A stretch of DNA of 64,000 nt from Chiloscyllium plagiosum. Its lineage: Eukaryota. Below are positions 52,115-64,000 of this stretch, piece by piece. The notes beneath the pieces are model-generated. The model was not told the origin of the DNA. It made no database searches and was given only the letters and a program-made list of their open reading frames with translations. The position numbers and the translations under genes were made by a program. Location of the stretch: positions 46,377,816 to 46,441,815 of the forward strand of contig NC_057733.1 in assembly GCF_004010195.1 (NCBI RefSeq), in the 5' to 3' direction. The number at the start of each line of letters is the position of its first letter. Position 1 is the first letter of the stretch.

Positions 52115-52400
52115 CTCATTATGGTATTGCTCACACGTGTAAATTCTTCAAGGATGATATTATTGTTCAATTTTGGAGGAAAATTCTGAATAGAAATTGT
52201 GGTTTAAACTTGTCTATTTAAGTAACGGACTAGCAAAACTGGGATTGTTCTCCTTGGAGCAGAGGAGATTGATATCCAGTTTCCAATCGTGAATTACTAT
52301 GATTAATTAAATAACAAAAAACTGGCAGGTAGAGGAGATAGATTTATGACAAATGGCAAAAACAACCCAGAGAGACAATAAGTTGCTAAAACAAAGAATT

Positions 52401-52519
52401 CCTGATGAAGGGCTTTTGCCCGAAATGTCAATTCTCCCGCTCCTTGGATGCTGCCTGACCTGCTGTGCTTTTCCAGCACTACTCTCTTGACTCTAATCTC
52501 CAGCATCTGCAGTCCTGAC
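52401..52519 (+). mobile_element. Short PLE terminal-repeat element
   Basis: TSD taaaa(c/t)aaagaatt at 52387-52400 and 52520-52533. Confidence 0.75.
52402..52429 (+). ncRNA. Hammerhead core of a short PLE-derived element
   Basis: CTGATGA-aGGGC-tttt-GCCC-GAAA-tg-TC. Confidence 0.65.
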
Positions 52520-52534
52520 TAAAATAAAGAATTA

Positions 52535-53310
52535 CAGAACCTGAAAAGCAGAAGCAAAAACAAAGTGTTGGAGAAACTCAGCAGGTCCAGCAGCATCAGT
52601 GGAGAGAAAATCAGAATTAACATTTTGAGTCGATAACTGTTTGTCAGAACTGAAAACAGCTAGGAAATAGTGGTATTTGTGCTGCTGACGGGGAATGGGT
52701 TTGGGGTAGGTGTGATTTGCATAAGTGGAGCCCAGAAAAGGAGAGAAGGTAAAGAAGCAGACTAAGGGATTGTTGATAGTAAGCTATGAGAGACTTGCAT
52801 GCTGAATTAATGCTAAAGGAAAGTGTGAATAGTTGAACATGGGTTGGTTGTGCTGGGAACAACCCATATAGAACAGGGTCTGGGGGTGGGTAACAAAAAT
52901 GGAGGGAGGTTTTCATACTCTGGAATTGTTAAACTTAGTATTTAATCCTGAAAGTTGTAAGTTACCTAGACAGAAGATGAGGTGTTGTCCCTCCAGCTTG
53001 CATTAAGCTTTGATAGAACACTGCAGCAGACCAGAGGCAGGAATGATGTCTGGGAACATGGCGGTGTGTTGAAGTGGGAATGGCAGGCAACTGGAAACTT
53101 GGGATCATTTTTACAAACAGAGTGTAGGTGCTCTGCAAAGTGATTACTCAGTCTGTGTTTCATCTACCCAGTGTAGAGCAGATGACATTGTGAACAGTGA
53201 ATACAATAGACTAAATTGAGTGAAGTGTAGGTAAACCGTTGCTTCACCTGCAAGGTGTGCCTGGGACCTTGGATAGTGAGGAGGGAGGAAGTAAATGGGC
53301 AAGCTTTGTA
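52535..53310 (-). mobile_element. Decayed PLE 3' part with GIY-YIG endonuclease remnant
   Basis: Minus strand reads NLVYCIHCSQCHLLYTG*MKHRLSNHFAEHLHSV..PVACH..FN, a PLE GIY-YIG pattern, followed by the terminal repeat. Confidence 0.7.
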
Positions 53311-54111
53311 CCTCTTGTGATTTCAGTTTTTTTCTATGTAATGGTTTATTACAATCTGGAATGCCCAGTCAAAAGGATGGCAGAAACAGATTCAATCATA
53401 ACTTTCAAAGAGAAATGGAAATGTGTATATACTTGAAAAGGAGAAATTTACAGAGCTATGTGGAAAGAATGGAGGAATAGAACCAAAATAAATCAAAGCG
53501 CTGTTTGATGCTGGAAATCTGAAATAAAAACAAAGAGTACTGGAGAAACATAGAGAATCTGGCAGCATCTGTGGAGAGAGAAACAGAGTTATCATTTTGA
53601 TAGGTGACTTTTGATATGTTAAAATGGAAGACTATGCGGCTAATTCTTCAAAGATGATGATGATGGACATTGTTTATGATTGGAAGAAAGTGAGGACTGC
53701 AGATGCTGGAGATCACAGTCGAGAGTGGGGTGCTGGAAAAGCACAGCAGGCCAGGCAGCATCCGAGGAGCAGGAGGATTGACATTTCAGGCATAAACCTT
53801 TCATCAGGAATTTAGTCCTTCATTTGTGATTGTATGACATATACTTACTTAATTCTCTTTATCCATGCACTCATGAAGCCAGTCCCAGACTCTGCATGTT
53901 TTTCTTTCTCTAATGTCCTTGATAATCCAATTATCTGGTCCTTCATGGTATACAGGATGGTCTTCTCATTTCTTTTATTCTCCACAGGAGGTCTGTGCCC
54001 CTATCACTCATGGATAATGAGGACTGAGTCTATAGATAAGTATCCTACAGCGAGTTCAATACTTGTCAGTCACAAACTCTGTCTCATAATTAAAACAATC
54101 CCTTACAATAA

Positions 54112-54245
54112 GTTAAAAATCACACAACACCAGATTTTCGTCCAACAGGTTTATTTGGAAGTCCTAGCTTTTGGAGCACTGCTCCTTCATCAGGTGATTG
54201 TGACAACCAGGTGAATCAGGTGATTGTGATTTTTAACTTTGTACA
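54112..54245. mobile_element. Fold-back PLE-derived element (aaaatcacacaacacc family)
   Basis: TSD ccct(t/g)acaataa at 54100-54111 and 54246-54257; hammerhead GAAA mutated to AAAA. Confidence 0.65.
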
Positions 54246-55604
54246 CCCTGACAATAAACAATTGAATTAGCTCGGCCATAGGAAAAGTTAATATTTATGT
54301 TAATATAATATTAACATAATAGTTGAGATTTGGAAACTCATTTGCAAAAGTTCTATTGAATCATGATGTCGGTAAGACAAATATTTAAATTTGCATCTTT
54401 CTTACTTTATAAAATGTTTTGTAGCAAAGATAACATGGCATTTTTCAATGGGGAAAGGAGGAGGTCATGTTGGAGACAGACTGACTGGATAGTAGCATCT
54501 ATAAGGATATTCTTTAATCCATCTATATTGAAATGAATCTGTATCCCAATTTTACATTGCTTCAAAATCTAGACTTTGCTGATAGATTCAGTTTAAAATG
54601 TGCAGGATATAATTTTACATTGTGCTTAATAGTTAAATAGAATTTGCATTTTAAAATACAATGTTGGTGATAAACAGGCAACTGAAGAATCTCAGATCTC
54701 ATTAAATCCTATCTCTCTGAACAAACTTTCAGTCAAGTGACCCAAATCATTACATGGATTAGCGTCACATTTTGTTTGAAAATGCTTCCTTGACATCTTG
54801 GGACATTTTGCAGCATCAAAAGTGCTTTATAAATAAAGTTGTTATTGTGACCATGCCTTCTGAGTGCAAACTATTCTAATCCCATCTAATACATAAAAAG
54901 TCATTGACTGATTTATTGCCCATTACTGAGAGACAACATTACATACATAGACCAAAGATACAGCAGAGACACTTAGAGATATATAGAACACAATGAATTT
55001 ATTAAGTACTTAAACAAATACACACACTTTAACTACAAGAGATATCTCAATCACTGTCTTTCATTACCCAGATTTCTGTAACTAAACCCAAATATTAATA
55101 CCCGGGAGAGTTCACAGCTGACCAGGCTTAAACTCTGCTCAAGATCATCACCATGCCTCCTGATGTAGGGTGCTTGTTGCAACGTTAATTTTTGAAGTTA
55201 TCCTGAACAAAATGATTTTTCAGGCTCTTTATACACAAGTCTCTGTGCCAAGTATGTGCTTTATTCGAAATTTCCTGTGCACGTGATCAATCCCGAAGGT
55301 TTTGGGCAAATGCCAATTTTGCAGTTATCCATGCACATGAGCAATCTCAAATATTTTGTCCAAATGTAAGCCTAATCTGGTACAGCCAGCAGCTACTGTT
55401 TTCCTGCAGTTTTAACTCCTAGCAGACCTTCACATAACAGCCCAATATTAAGCCTTTAATCAGTTCCTGTTATCTTCAGCCTTATATAACAGATTTATAA
55501 CAATATAATAGATAAGACCAAGTAAGTTGTAAGTGTAAAACATACAGTCTACCTTTGGAAATCTCTGATGTTTGACTTGGCTCACTTCCATTATGACATA
55601 CATA

Positions 55605-55810
55605 GTAAAGTTACTATAGTTGTTCTGCACCATCAGGCTGCTTTCTCATTACAGAAAGAGAAAACTGGTCGTGGTTTTAACCTAAGGAGCATGTCTCAGG
55701 TGAGGGGAGAGGTTAAGAAGGAAGTCCTTCATGGTAACCTCAGATAGTGCAAGGATTGAACCCATATAATTGGCATCATTCTGCATCACAAAACAGCCAT
55801 CCAAACAAAT
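55605..55810 (-). mobile_element. tRNA-derived SINE of another family (second copy at ~58345-58545)
   Basis: Shared tttaacct(a/g)agg...tcaggtgagggg core and reverse B-box gaaccc. Confidence 0.55.
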
Positions 55811-56324
55811 CCACTCCTGAGACTGCTACAGATGGGTCTTTGAAAGATTCCTTATGGATTGTGAAAAATAAGCAATGGGGAAATCAGCACCTGAAGGGAG
55901 GATATTGACAATTGGAAGAAACTGAAATGAAAATGGACAGTGCGAATGGAAAATACTGTCCGGGTGGAAGATGTGTTTTGTTGGGGATTACAGTCAGACA
56001 CGGATTTCCTCTGGAGCAGACAGTGTATTGGTCTGCACTGACACGTGCTACTCTTGAGCAGCAGTAATTAAGCTTGATACAAGTCCAGGTTGCCTGAAGT
56101 GTGGTGCATTTGGTCCTTTCTGTAAACTAAAATATATTCATTAAAAAAAGACACCTTATGAAATAAATGACTGTCTGAGTGAAACTGAAAGTATCCTATT
56201 TTAAAAAGTTCCAATAAAAGAATCAATTAGTATAGAAACATAATATAAAAATCCATCTGAATAGGTGGCTTCCTCTGATCAATATATCATTATGCTGTTT
56301 AATACATTTTTTAATTATAATAAG

Positions 56325-57445
56325 GAAGAAGAAGTGACAAAGATTGATGAAGACAGAGCAGTGGACTTTGTCTATATGGACTTAAATAAGGTATTTTACA
56401 AGGTTCTGCATGGTAGACTGGTTAGAAAGATTAGATCACATGGAATACAGGGAGAACTTTAGATACAAAATTGACTTGAAGGTAGGAGACAGAGGGTGGT
56501 GGTGAAGGCCTGTGACCAGTGATGTGCCACAAGGATCGATGCTGGGTCCACCGCTTCTGTTATTTATGTAAATGATTTGGATGTGAATACATGAGGTATA
56601 GTTAGTAAGTTTGCAGATGAGACCAGAATTGGAGGTGTAATGGACAGTGAAGAAGGTTACCTGAGAATACAATAGGTCCTTGATCAGATGAGCCAATGGA
56701 CCAAGGATAAATGTGAGGTGTTGCATTTTGGAAAGGCAAGTCAGGGCAGGAATTATACAGTTAATGGTAAAGTCCTGAAAGTGTTGCCGAATAAACAGAC
56801 CTTGGGGTGCAGGTTCATAGAAGTGGAGTTGCAGGTAGACAGGATGATGAAGAAGGCATTTGGCATGTTTGCCTTCATTGGTCACTGCACTGAGTAAAGG
56901 CGTTAGGGAGTCATGTTGTGGCTGTAGAGGACATTGATTAGACCACTTTTGTAATGCTGCATTCAATTCTGGTCTCTCTGCTTTGGAAGGATGTTGTGAA
57001 ACTTGAAAGGGTGCAGAAAAGATTTACAAGGAGGTTGGCAGGGTTGGAGGGTTTAAGCTATAGAGTGGGCCTGAATAGCCTGGAGTGTCGGAGGCTGAGG
57101 GGTGACTTTATAGAGATTTATTAAATCACGAGGGGCATGGGTAGGGTGAACAGTCAAGGTCTTTTCCCCAGGATAAGGGAGTGCAAAACCAGAGGGCTTA
57201 GGTTTAAAAGGGACCTAAGAGGCAATGTTTTCATGCAGAGGGTGGTGCGTGTATGGAATGAGCTGCCAGATGAAGTGGAGGCTGGTACAATTACAACATT
57301 TAAAAGGCTGGGTGGGTATATGAATAGGAAGAGCTTAGAGGGATATGAACCAAATGCTGACAAGTGGATTAATTTAAAATATCTGATCAGCATGGGCGAC
57401 TTGGACTGAAGGGTTTGTTTCCACGCTGTACAACTCTATGACTGT
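56325..57445 (+). mobile_element. CR1 3' portion
   Basis: YMDLNKVF, KCEVLHFG and VWNELP remnants plus tail. Confidence 0.85.
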
Positions 57446-60400
57446 AAATTCACTATAACAGGAATACAGTTCTATGTCAGCTTGATGCAATTAATTATTT
57501 TGATTTTGAAATACAAAGTTATGGATATAAAATCTATCCAAGACTTGAGTACATAAATCTAGACTTACACATCGGTACAGTACTGAAAGTACTGCATTAT
57601 CAAAGGTGGTGCATGTTTTAGAATACATAATTGAGCAAGGCTGTGTCTACTACAAAGAAAGTTTTGTGATGCAGTTGTCGTATCCAAATCTTTGGGCCAG
57701 AAATTCTAGGTTCAAGTCCCACCTCTAGATGTGATGGCCATGGTAAGTGCATCATGTCAAAAATACCCATGGGGCCATGCTATCAATCTGTAAATCTTCC
57801 CTATGGCAAGCAGCAAAAGTGAGAGAATTTCTTGATCAGTCTGAATCATGTGGCAACTGCAGTGCACAAGTTAAAAGACCCTGCAAAGAGATTCTTACCA
57901 TGAGCAAATGTCAGCCTTATACCAAAAGACTACCCATATACATGTACACGCCTGAATAGTTGGACATTAGAACCTGTGGCATTTACTCAAGGTAGTAGCA
58001 GAGATGTTCCCATGGTGTCCCCTGGGCAAGATTTATCAATGAAAATCAAAATATGAATTCTATTTGTGAAACCTTATTGTGTAAAACAAAAGTGTCATAT
58101 TTGCAGATGTACTTGCAGAGATTCCAGGTCAGAGACCTGTTGGTTGTGATACACCTGAGTCATCCTGAAAATGTGATAAGGCAAGTGATTTCCTTCTTAG
58201 GCAACTGGTTTACCACATTTCAGCAATGTATGACAGAAATAAAAGAAGACCCCACATTTCATCTTGTATTGAACATTTTCTGCTTCTGTTTTTCAAACAT
58301 TTGTTATACCTGTTTTGAATGGAGTTTCTGTTCTGGTGATGCAAAGGCAAAGGTCATAGACCCAGAAGTCAGCTCTCTCCCACTACAGAGTGCGATGATT
58401 GGTCGTGAGTTTAACCTGAAGGTCAGCACATCAGGTGAGGGGCAAAGTCAAGAAGGCAGCCAGTGACCATAGCCAGTGCAGGAACTGAACCCATGCCATT
58501 GTCATCAGTCTGCCTTACAATCCAGCCATCTCAGCTAACCAACCTTCCTTCAACAGTACACACTCAAAATAACAACTCTTCCGTCCTCCCCACATCGTTA
58601 CTGTTGGACCTGTCCTGTTTTACTTTCAATGCAACAGGATAAACCAGGTTTCCTAGTGTCTGATAAAATATCAGATACAAACATGAGGAAATATGTAGCG
58701 TTTATTTTTGTTACAAGGTACAGTATCTAAACATATTACATTTATATTGGAGAATAAATTTATTAATTTCAATTGCAATGTTTATGCTTCCAAATGACAT
58801 TACACAATCTGTACTCTTAATTGTTATTGAGTGAGATTCTGCAACAATATTATGATATCAGCTATACTACTTGTTATTTCATAAAGATACTTTGATTCCA
58901 GTTCAGATTACAAGGCACTAAATCTATCAGTGTTTATACATTTAAATGCAGAAGCCTTATTCTGCCTAAAAAATGACACAGTAGCTTTTAACATTTGGTT
59001 TCCAGTCATACAGAAGAGGATACTACAGCAGATGCTTTATTCAGGCCTGATTGGACATGCATTTCTATCTCATTCTCCCCAGTGCACTGGTTAAATGTGC
59101 TGATTCCACTGAAATAAAACAAAGAATGTCCCTTTATCACATCCCCTTGCTGAAATTCAAGCTGATCAAAAACAAGTGACCTGCATTCTCCACTTTTCCC
59201 AAAGAATATCTACATCATTTAAACATTGGATTTAAATCTTGAGATATACATACAAAACAGCATTGTGAAGCAGAACAGCCAGAGGTTTACTTTTATGAGG
59301 TAAAACAAGCTACTTCTGTACACAATTAGCAGCTGCTAGTGATGTGGCTTTTTGTTTAAAGTGTAGAATTCTGTTAGGTGACAAGTAAGCTCTTGCTTGC
59401 AAGAACGCTGTGTTTTACCTGGCATACAGGTGTATACATGTACTGATCACTGTTACTCCAGTGAATATTCTGCAACATTCTGAATACAAAAAGCAAGTCA
59501 GTCAAAGATAAGTGATATACCTATAACATGTCAGAATAAGAACATCATTACTGCTTCACTTTAAAGAACTGCAAACAAGTGGAGGCCACAACGTGTGAGA
59601 TAGACTTAGAGCAGCCTTGTATAGGGTCAGCACAGGACTGACAGTTCAAATGACCTCCCTCTATCTAAAAGGTGTCACAACCTGAATTAATATTAACGTT
59701 GTTATTTAGGTACACCACAAATGTGCTACCATAATTAAAGGTATCGATACAGTTTAATAAGAGCAAAAAAATGTAAGCAGATGCCTAGGGTTAATTTCCA
59801 AGAGATAACACTGAAAAGCAGGGAAGTAAGGTTGAGCTTGTATCAAACATGGATCAGAGCACAGGTGGAGTACTGCAAACAACTCCAGTCTCCATGATTA
59901 TATAAAAAGACACAGAAGCTTTGAAAGAAAATCTGCAAGAATGATAGTAGAACTGAGAGTTTATACCCATTAGGAAACATTGAATAAGTAAGGCTTTTTT
60001 TTTGTAGAAGGAAAATGGAGGTTGTTCTGGTAGATGTCTTCAAGATTATGAAAGAATCTGGTGGGGTAGTTCTAATGGTCCAGTGAGTGGTTGGGATTTG
60101 GTTAAGACAGTTGGTGTTGGAGGGAGTTAAACTTGAGACAGTCAGTCAGCAATGAACCAATGAAGGGGATTTGGGAGAAAGATCTTTACACCGACATTGA
60201 TGGGAATGTGCAGCCACACCATGTGGTTGACGTGAATGACAGAGGATTTAAATAGAAGCTGAATAAACACAAAGGAGATTCAGACACAAGGACATGGCGA
60301 TGTGAGTTATACGGAAAGAATGGCAAGAAATAATTAGCTGGCCGGTAATTCCTACAGGCCGCACGGGCTAACGCTCACTTGTTTAGCCTTACTTCTGTGA

Positions 60401-60848
60401 TTATACCTGTGTGCAATAATTTTTTTAAAGACCGGAGGAGCATTTGCCTTGTTATCCCGCCGCTCCACAACCAAAAACAAAAGCTGTTATAAATACAAGT
60501 GCTGGAAAAGCTCAGCAGGTCTGGCAGCTTCTGTGGAGAGAGCAATCAGAGTCAACGTTTCAGGACCAGTGACCCTTTTTCACAATGCTGTCACAAGTTT
60601 GGCACTCTCTATAATAAACACGGTATCTACTGTCCAGTAAACATCCTGAGAAGATTTCCAAGTCATCACCGATAAAGCGTTTAATGTTTCAGACATCACC
60701 ACGCGAGGTGCAATTTCTCAATTGAGGTGTAATGTCAAATCCCATTTTTTTTTGATCCGCAAAGACTTTACAGAACAGCTCTCAGTTAAAGCTTTTTTTT
60801 GTTAGTCAAATATTTTTGTTGTTGTTTTGCAGAGAGAGGGGTGTTCCT

Positions 60849-61760
60849 TCAAGGCTCCGGGATGTAGCGGAGTCTCTGCGAGTAAATCAGGTCGACCAGG
60901 TACAGGATGAGGTTGATGAAGGTGAAGATGGTGATGATGAGCTGGCTGTCCCAGGGGCAGTCTCCCAGAGAGCAAGAGGCCGGTCTCTCCACCGAGCCGT
61001 ACTTACTGTCAAAGCAGAAGATGGGCCAGACCACGGCGGCGCTGAGGTACAGCAGGGTGGCCAGGAAGGTGTAGAGGACCACTAGCCTGTCGAAGGGGCA
61101 CCTGAGAGCCCCGGTCTGTCCGGATACATTGAGACCGATGACCAGGGAGGTGAGGGTGAAGCAGATGGAGTAGACGGCCACACACCACTGGGTGGCCGGG
61201 TAGCGGCTGTACTCGCTGCCGTTGGCTAGTGCCCCGAAGATGATGCAAGCCACGTACGCCTGGACCACTTTGAGGAGCCCCGGGGTGGTGGCCATGTAGG
61301 CGCCGATGTGCCCCGGCCTGGCCCGGCTCAGGTGCACCTCGGCCCCGTACGCGATGCAGGTGAGAGCCGAGAAGGCGCTGGCCGAGATCCTGAAGCTGCG
61401 GGACTCGCAGCTCCCCGCCGCCTCTGGCCCGCACTCCAGCTGCACGAAGTAGACCGGGTAGACGCTGGAGGCGGTGAGCTCCATCAGCACGGCCAGCATC
61501 GCGAACGAGATGGTGAAGTTCTCCCAGGACAGCCCCAGGCAGCCCTGCAGCCGGGAAAGCTCCAGGGAGACGACCAGGCCGCTCAGCGCCAGGCACCAGG
61601 CCCAGGCGAACATACAGAAGTAGCCGTACGCCTCTCCGTAACCCCCATCGTGGGCAACTAGGCTCAGGGTGACACAGCCGAACAGGATCTGCAGCGAGCG
61701 GAGTACACCCAGGGGAGACAGCAGGGCCGAGCTGTTCAGGTACGGGCCTTGTGCCTCCAT
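60849..61760 (-). CDS. MYADML2: Myeloid-associated differentiation marker-like 2, two MARVEL domains, single coding exon, 303 aa
   Basis: Intact ORF with an in-frame upstream TAA. Motifs LQILFGCVTLSLVAH, YMATTPGLLKVVQAYVACIIFGAL, CPFDRLVVLYTFLA and CPWDSQL match MYADML2; it lies next to PYCR1 as in human 17q25.3. Confidence 0.95.
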   Translation of the reverse strand: MEAQGPYLNSSALLSPLGVLRSLQILFGCVTLSLVAHDGGYGEAYGYFCMFAWAWCLALSGLVVSLELSRLQGCLGLSWENFTISFAMLAVLMELTASSVYPVYFVQLECGPEAAGSCESRSFRISASAFSALTCIAYGAEVHLSRARPGHIGAYMATTPGLLKVVQAYVACIIFGALANGSEYSRYPATQWCVAVYSICFTLTSLVIGLNVSGQTGALRCPFDRLVVLYTFLATLLYLSAAVVWPIFCFDSKYGSVERPASCSLGDCPWDSQLIITIFTFINLILYLVDLIYSQRLRYIPEP

Positions 61761-62630
61761 CAGCCTTTACCCGCACTGCCTTTAACCCCCACCGCCTTTT
61801 ACCCCCCCCCCCCAACTGCCTTTAACCCCCACCGCCTTTTACCCCCCCCCCAACTGNNNNNNNNNNNNNNNNNNNNNNNNNNNNNNNNNNNNNNNNNNNN
61901 NNNNNNNNNNNNNNNNNNNNNNNNNNNNNNNNNNNNNNNNNNNNNNNNNNNNNNNNNNNNNNNNNNNNNNNNNNNNNNNNNNNNNNNNNNNNNNNNNNNN
62001 NNNNNNNNNNNNNNNNNNNNNNNNNNNNNNNNNNNNNNNNNNNNNNNNNNNNNNNNNNNNNNNNNNNNNNNNNNNNNNNNNNNNNNNNNNNNNNNNNNNN
62101 NNNNNNNNNNNNNNNNNNNNNNNNNNNNNNNNNNNNNNNNNNNNNNNNNNNNNNNNNNNNNNNNNNNNNNNNNNNNNNNNNNNNNNNNNNNNNNNNNNNN
62201 NNNNNNNNNNNNNNNNNNNNNNNNNNNNNNNNNNNNNNNNNNNNNNNNNNNNNNNNNNNNNNNNNNNNNNNNNNNNNNNNNNNNNNNNNNNNNNNNNNNN
62301 NNNNNNNNCGATCCGACTTCCCACTGTCTTCTACCCCTTTTTTACCCCCACCAGCTATTACTGCTCCACTAGTTTTTAACCCCAGCACCTGTTACACCCA
62401 CCACATTTTACTGCCCTAGTCCTTATTGCCCCCCACTGCACTGTCACTGTCTCAGCATCTGTTACCCCCACTGTCCTTTTACTGCCACACTAACTCCTCC
62501 CCGGAACAATTACTGCCACCACCTTTTACCCAGCATGTTTAATTGGCACCAGTTTATACCCAGCACATTTTACCCCACTAGCTTTTACCCTCATCAGCTT
62601 CTACCGCCTGCAGCTTTTTCCTCCCCACCT
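61761..62630. repeat. Degenerate C-rich tandem repeat (TTT(T/A)ACCCCC(n)ACCGCC-like units) directly upstream of the MYADML2 ATG, spanning an assembly gap
   Basis: Repeated tttaaccccc/ttttaccccc...accgcc/aactgcc units on both sides of the N run. Confidence 0.8.
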
Positions 62631-63472
62631 CCAGCTGCAGCTCTCCTCTTGGACAACCAAGTGTCTGAGTGGAATGAAAATGCAGCTAATTTTGGAAGGT
62701 GGTGATATTGCTGCAGCTGCCGCTTGTCCTAGTGCTGGTATTTGACCATATCGCTATTAATAGAGCTGTCAGTTAGTGAGCAAGGGCAGTCCACACACAA
62801 CAGTAACAGACCCTGCAGCCCTTGGTGCATCAGAGCATTCCCCAACCTCACAGTTTTAATTCCATCTGCACCTCCGCTGAAAGTGTGATTGATGCAACTC
62901 ATGTTTTCCATTTCAAAATAAAAAGCAAGAAACTGCATAGTGCTGGAGATCAAAAATAAAAGTCAGAGAGTGCTGGAGAAACTCTGCAGTTCTGGCAGCA
63001 TCTATGGAAAGAGCGTGTGAGAGAGAGAGAGTTAACATTCTAATCCCAATTGATACTTCTTGGAAAGGGTGGGTGCAGGTGGACACAGGATTCCTGTGGG
63101 GAAGTAAAAGTGACTGACATACTTGCCATCTGTTCTCAGATGGTCGAGCTGAAAGGCTGGTACAAAGGTAAGTTTGAGACCATGCAGGAACTTACTTATG
63201 GGGATGAGCTTTTTATGATGGATTGGCAGACCAGCAATTAAGGGGGAAGTCTTCGAAGTGGGGGAGGTTTAAACAAACTAAAAGACTAATGTTAAATAAT
63301 GGTTATTGGTTGATTAATTATATGCGTGTGGCGAGTGTTCATTCAGGATTCACTTTCCTCCCTCCCTTGAGAATGTATGCAGTGGTTGTGTCCCTATCTT
63401 TGAGCCTGGAGGCCCAGACTCAAGTCCCACCTTTTTTAGACCTGTGTAATAACATCTCTGAATATTATTCCA

Positions 63473-63760
63473 TGTGGCTCAGTGGTTAGCACTGCTGCAT
63501 CCTATAGCCGGGGACCAGGGTCTGATTCCAACCTCAGGCGACTGTCTGCGTGGAGTTTGCATATTCTCCCTGTGTCTGTGTGGGTTTCCTCCGGGTGCTC
63601 TGGTTTTGTCTCACAGTCCAAAGGTGTGCAGGTTAGGGTGAATTGGCCATGTAAAAGCTGGGGTTACAGGGCTAGGGTGGGAGCACAGGTCTGGGTAGAA
63701 AGCTCCGTATTTAAGGTACGGACTTGATTTCTGAATGGCCTCTTATATACTCTTTAATCC
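63473..63760 (+). mobile_element. HE1-type V-SINE
   Basis: tRNA-like head and V-domain. Confidence 0.8.
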
Positions 63761-64000
63761 TGTGATTGGTGATAAGAAATAAAAATCTTGTCCCTATGAG
63801 ACAGTAAGGACTGCAGATGCTGGAAGTCAGAGTCAATAGGTGTGAAGTTGGAAGAGCACAGCAGGTCAGATAGCATCCGAGCACCAGGAAAGTCAATGGT
63901 TCAGCCCTTTTCTGCGCCTCAGATGCTGTCTGATCTACTGTGCACTTCCGCATCTATTTATGATGGAAATCTTGCGACCCTCTTCTGCAGGGTATTCACC

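Noticed and set aside
53834-54214. 126-aa ORF, and similar 137-aa ORF at 58053-58466
   Set aside because: No homology or splice support; both run into repeat sequence.
61009-61815. 268-aa alternative-frame ORF and plus-strand ORFs over MYADML2
   Set aside because: Shadow ORFs caused by very high GC3, with low-complexity G/R/P translation; the long one starts in the G-repeat.

Overview
Vertebrate genomic DNA, almost certainly from a shark or other elasmobranch (HE1/V-SINEs with (AATCT)n tails and partner CR1/HER1-type LINEs). Three protein-coding genes lie on the minus strand: the 5' end of CEP131 (non-coding exon 1 and two coding exons; the gene runs off the left edge), a complete PYCR1 (7 coding exons, 939 nt, 312 aa) and single-exon MYADML2 (303 aa). 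The rest is mostly decayed transposons: CR1/L2 LINEs, several SINE families, Tigger-like MITEs, solo LTRs and Penelope-like elements (PLEs) carrying minimal hammerhead ribozymes. The most unusual signal is a repeat-spacer-like array at 44639-46764. Six copies of the 13-bp target GACACTCCTGTTT are separated by five oligo(A)-tailed inserts, one of which looks like a cellular mRNA 3' end, all inside an LTR-like host. A second copy of that host at about 11.5-11.9 kb has a related hairpin insert at the homologous site. This suggests a site-specific retrotransposon that repeatedly records RNA 3' ends at one target. Also notable are short hammerhead-bearing PLE derivatives, often fold-back, with recurrent ~14-bp target-site duplications. 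Repeat boundaries were read by eye and are approximate; family names were not checked against databases.
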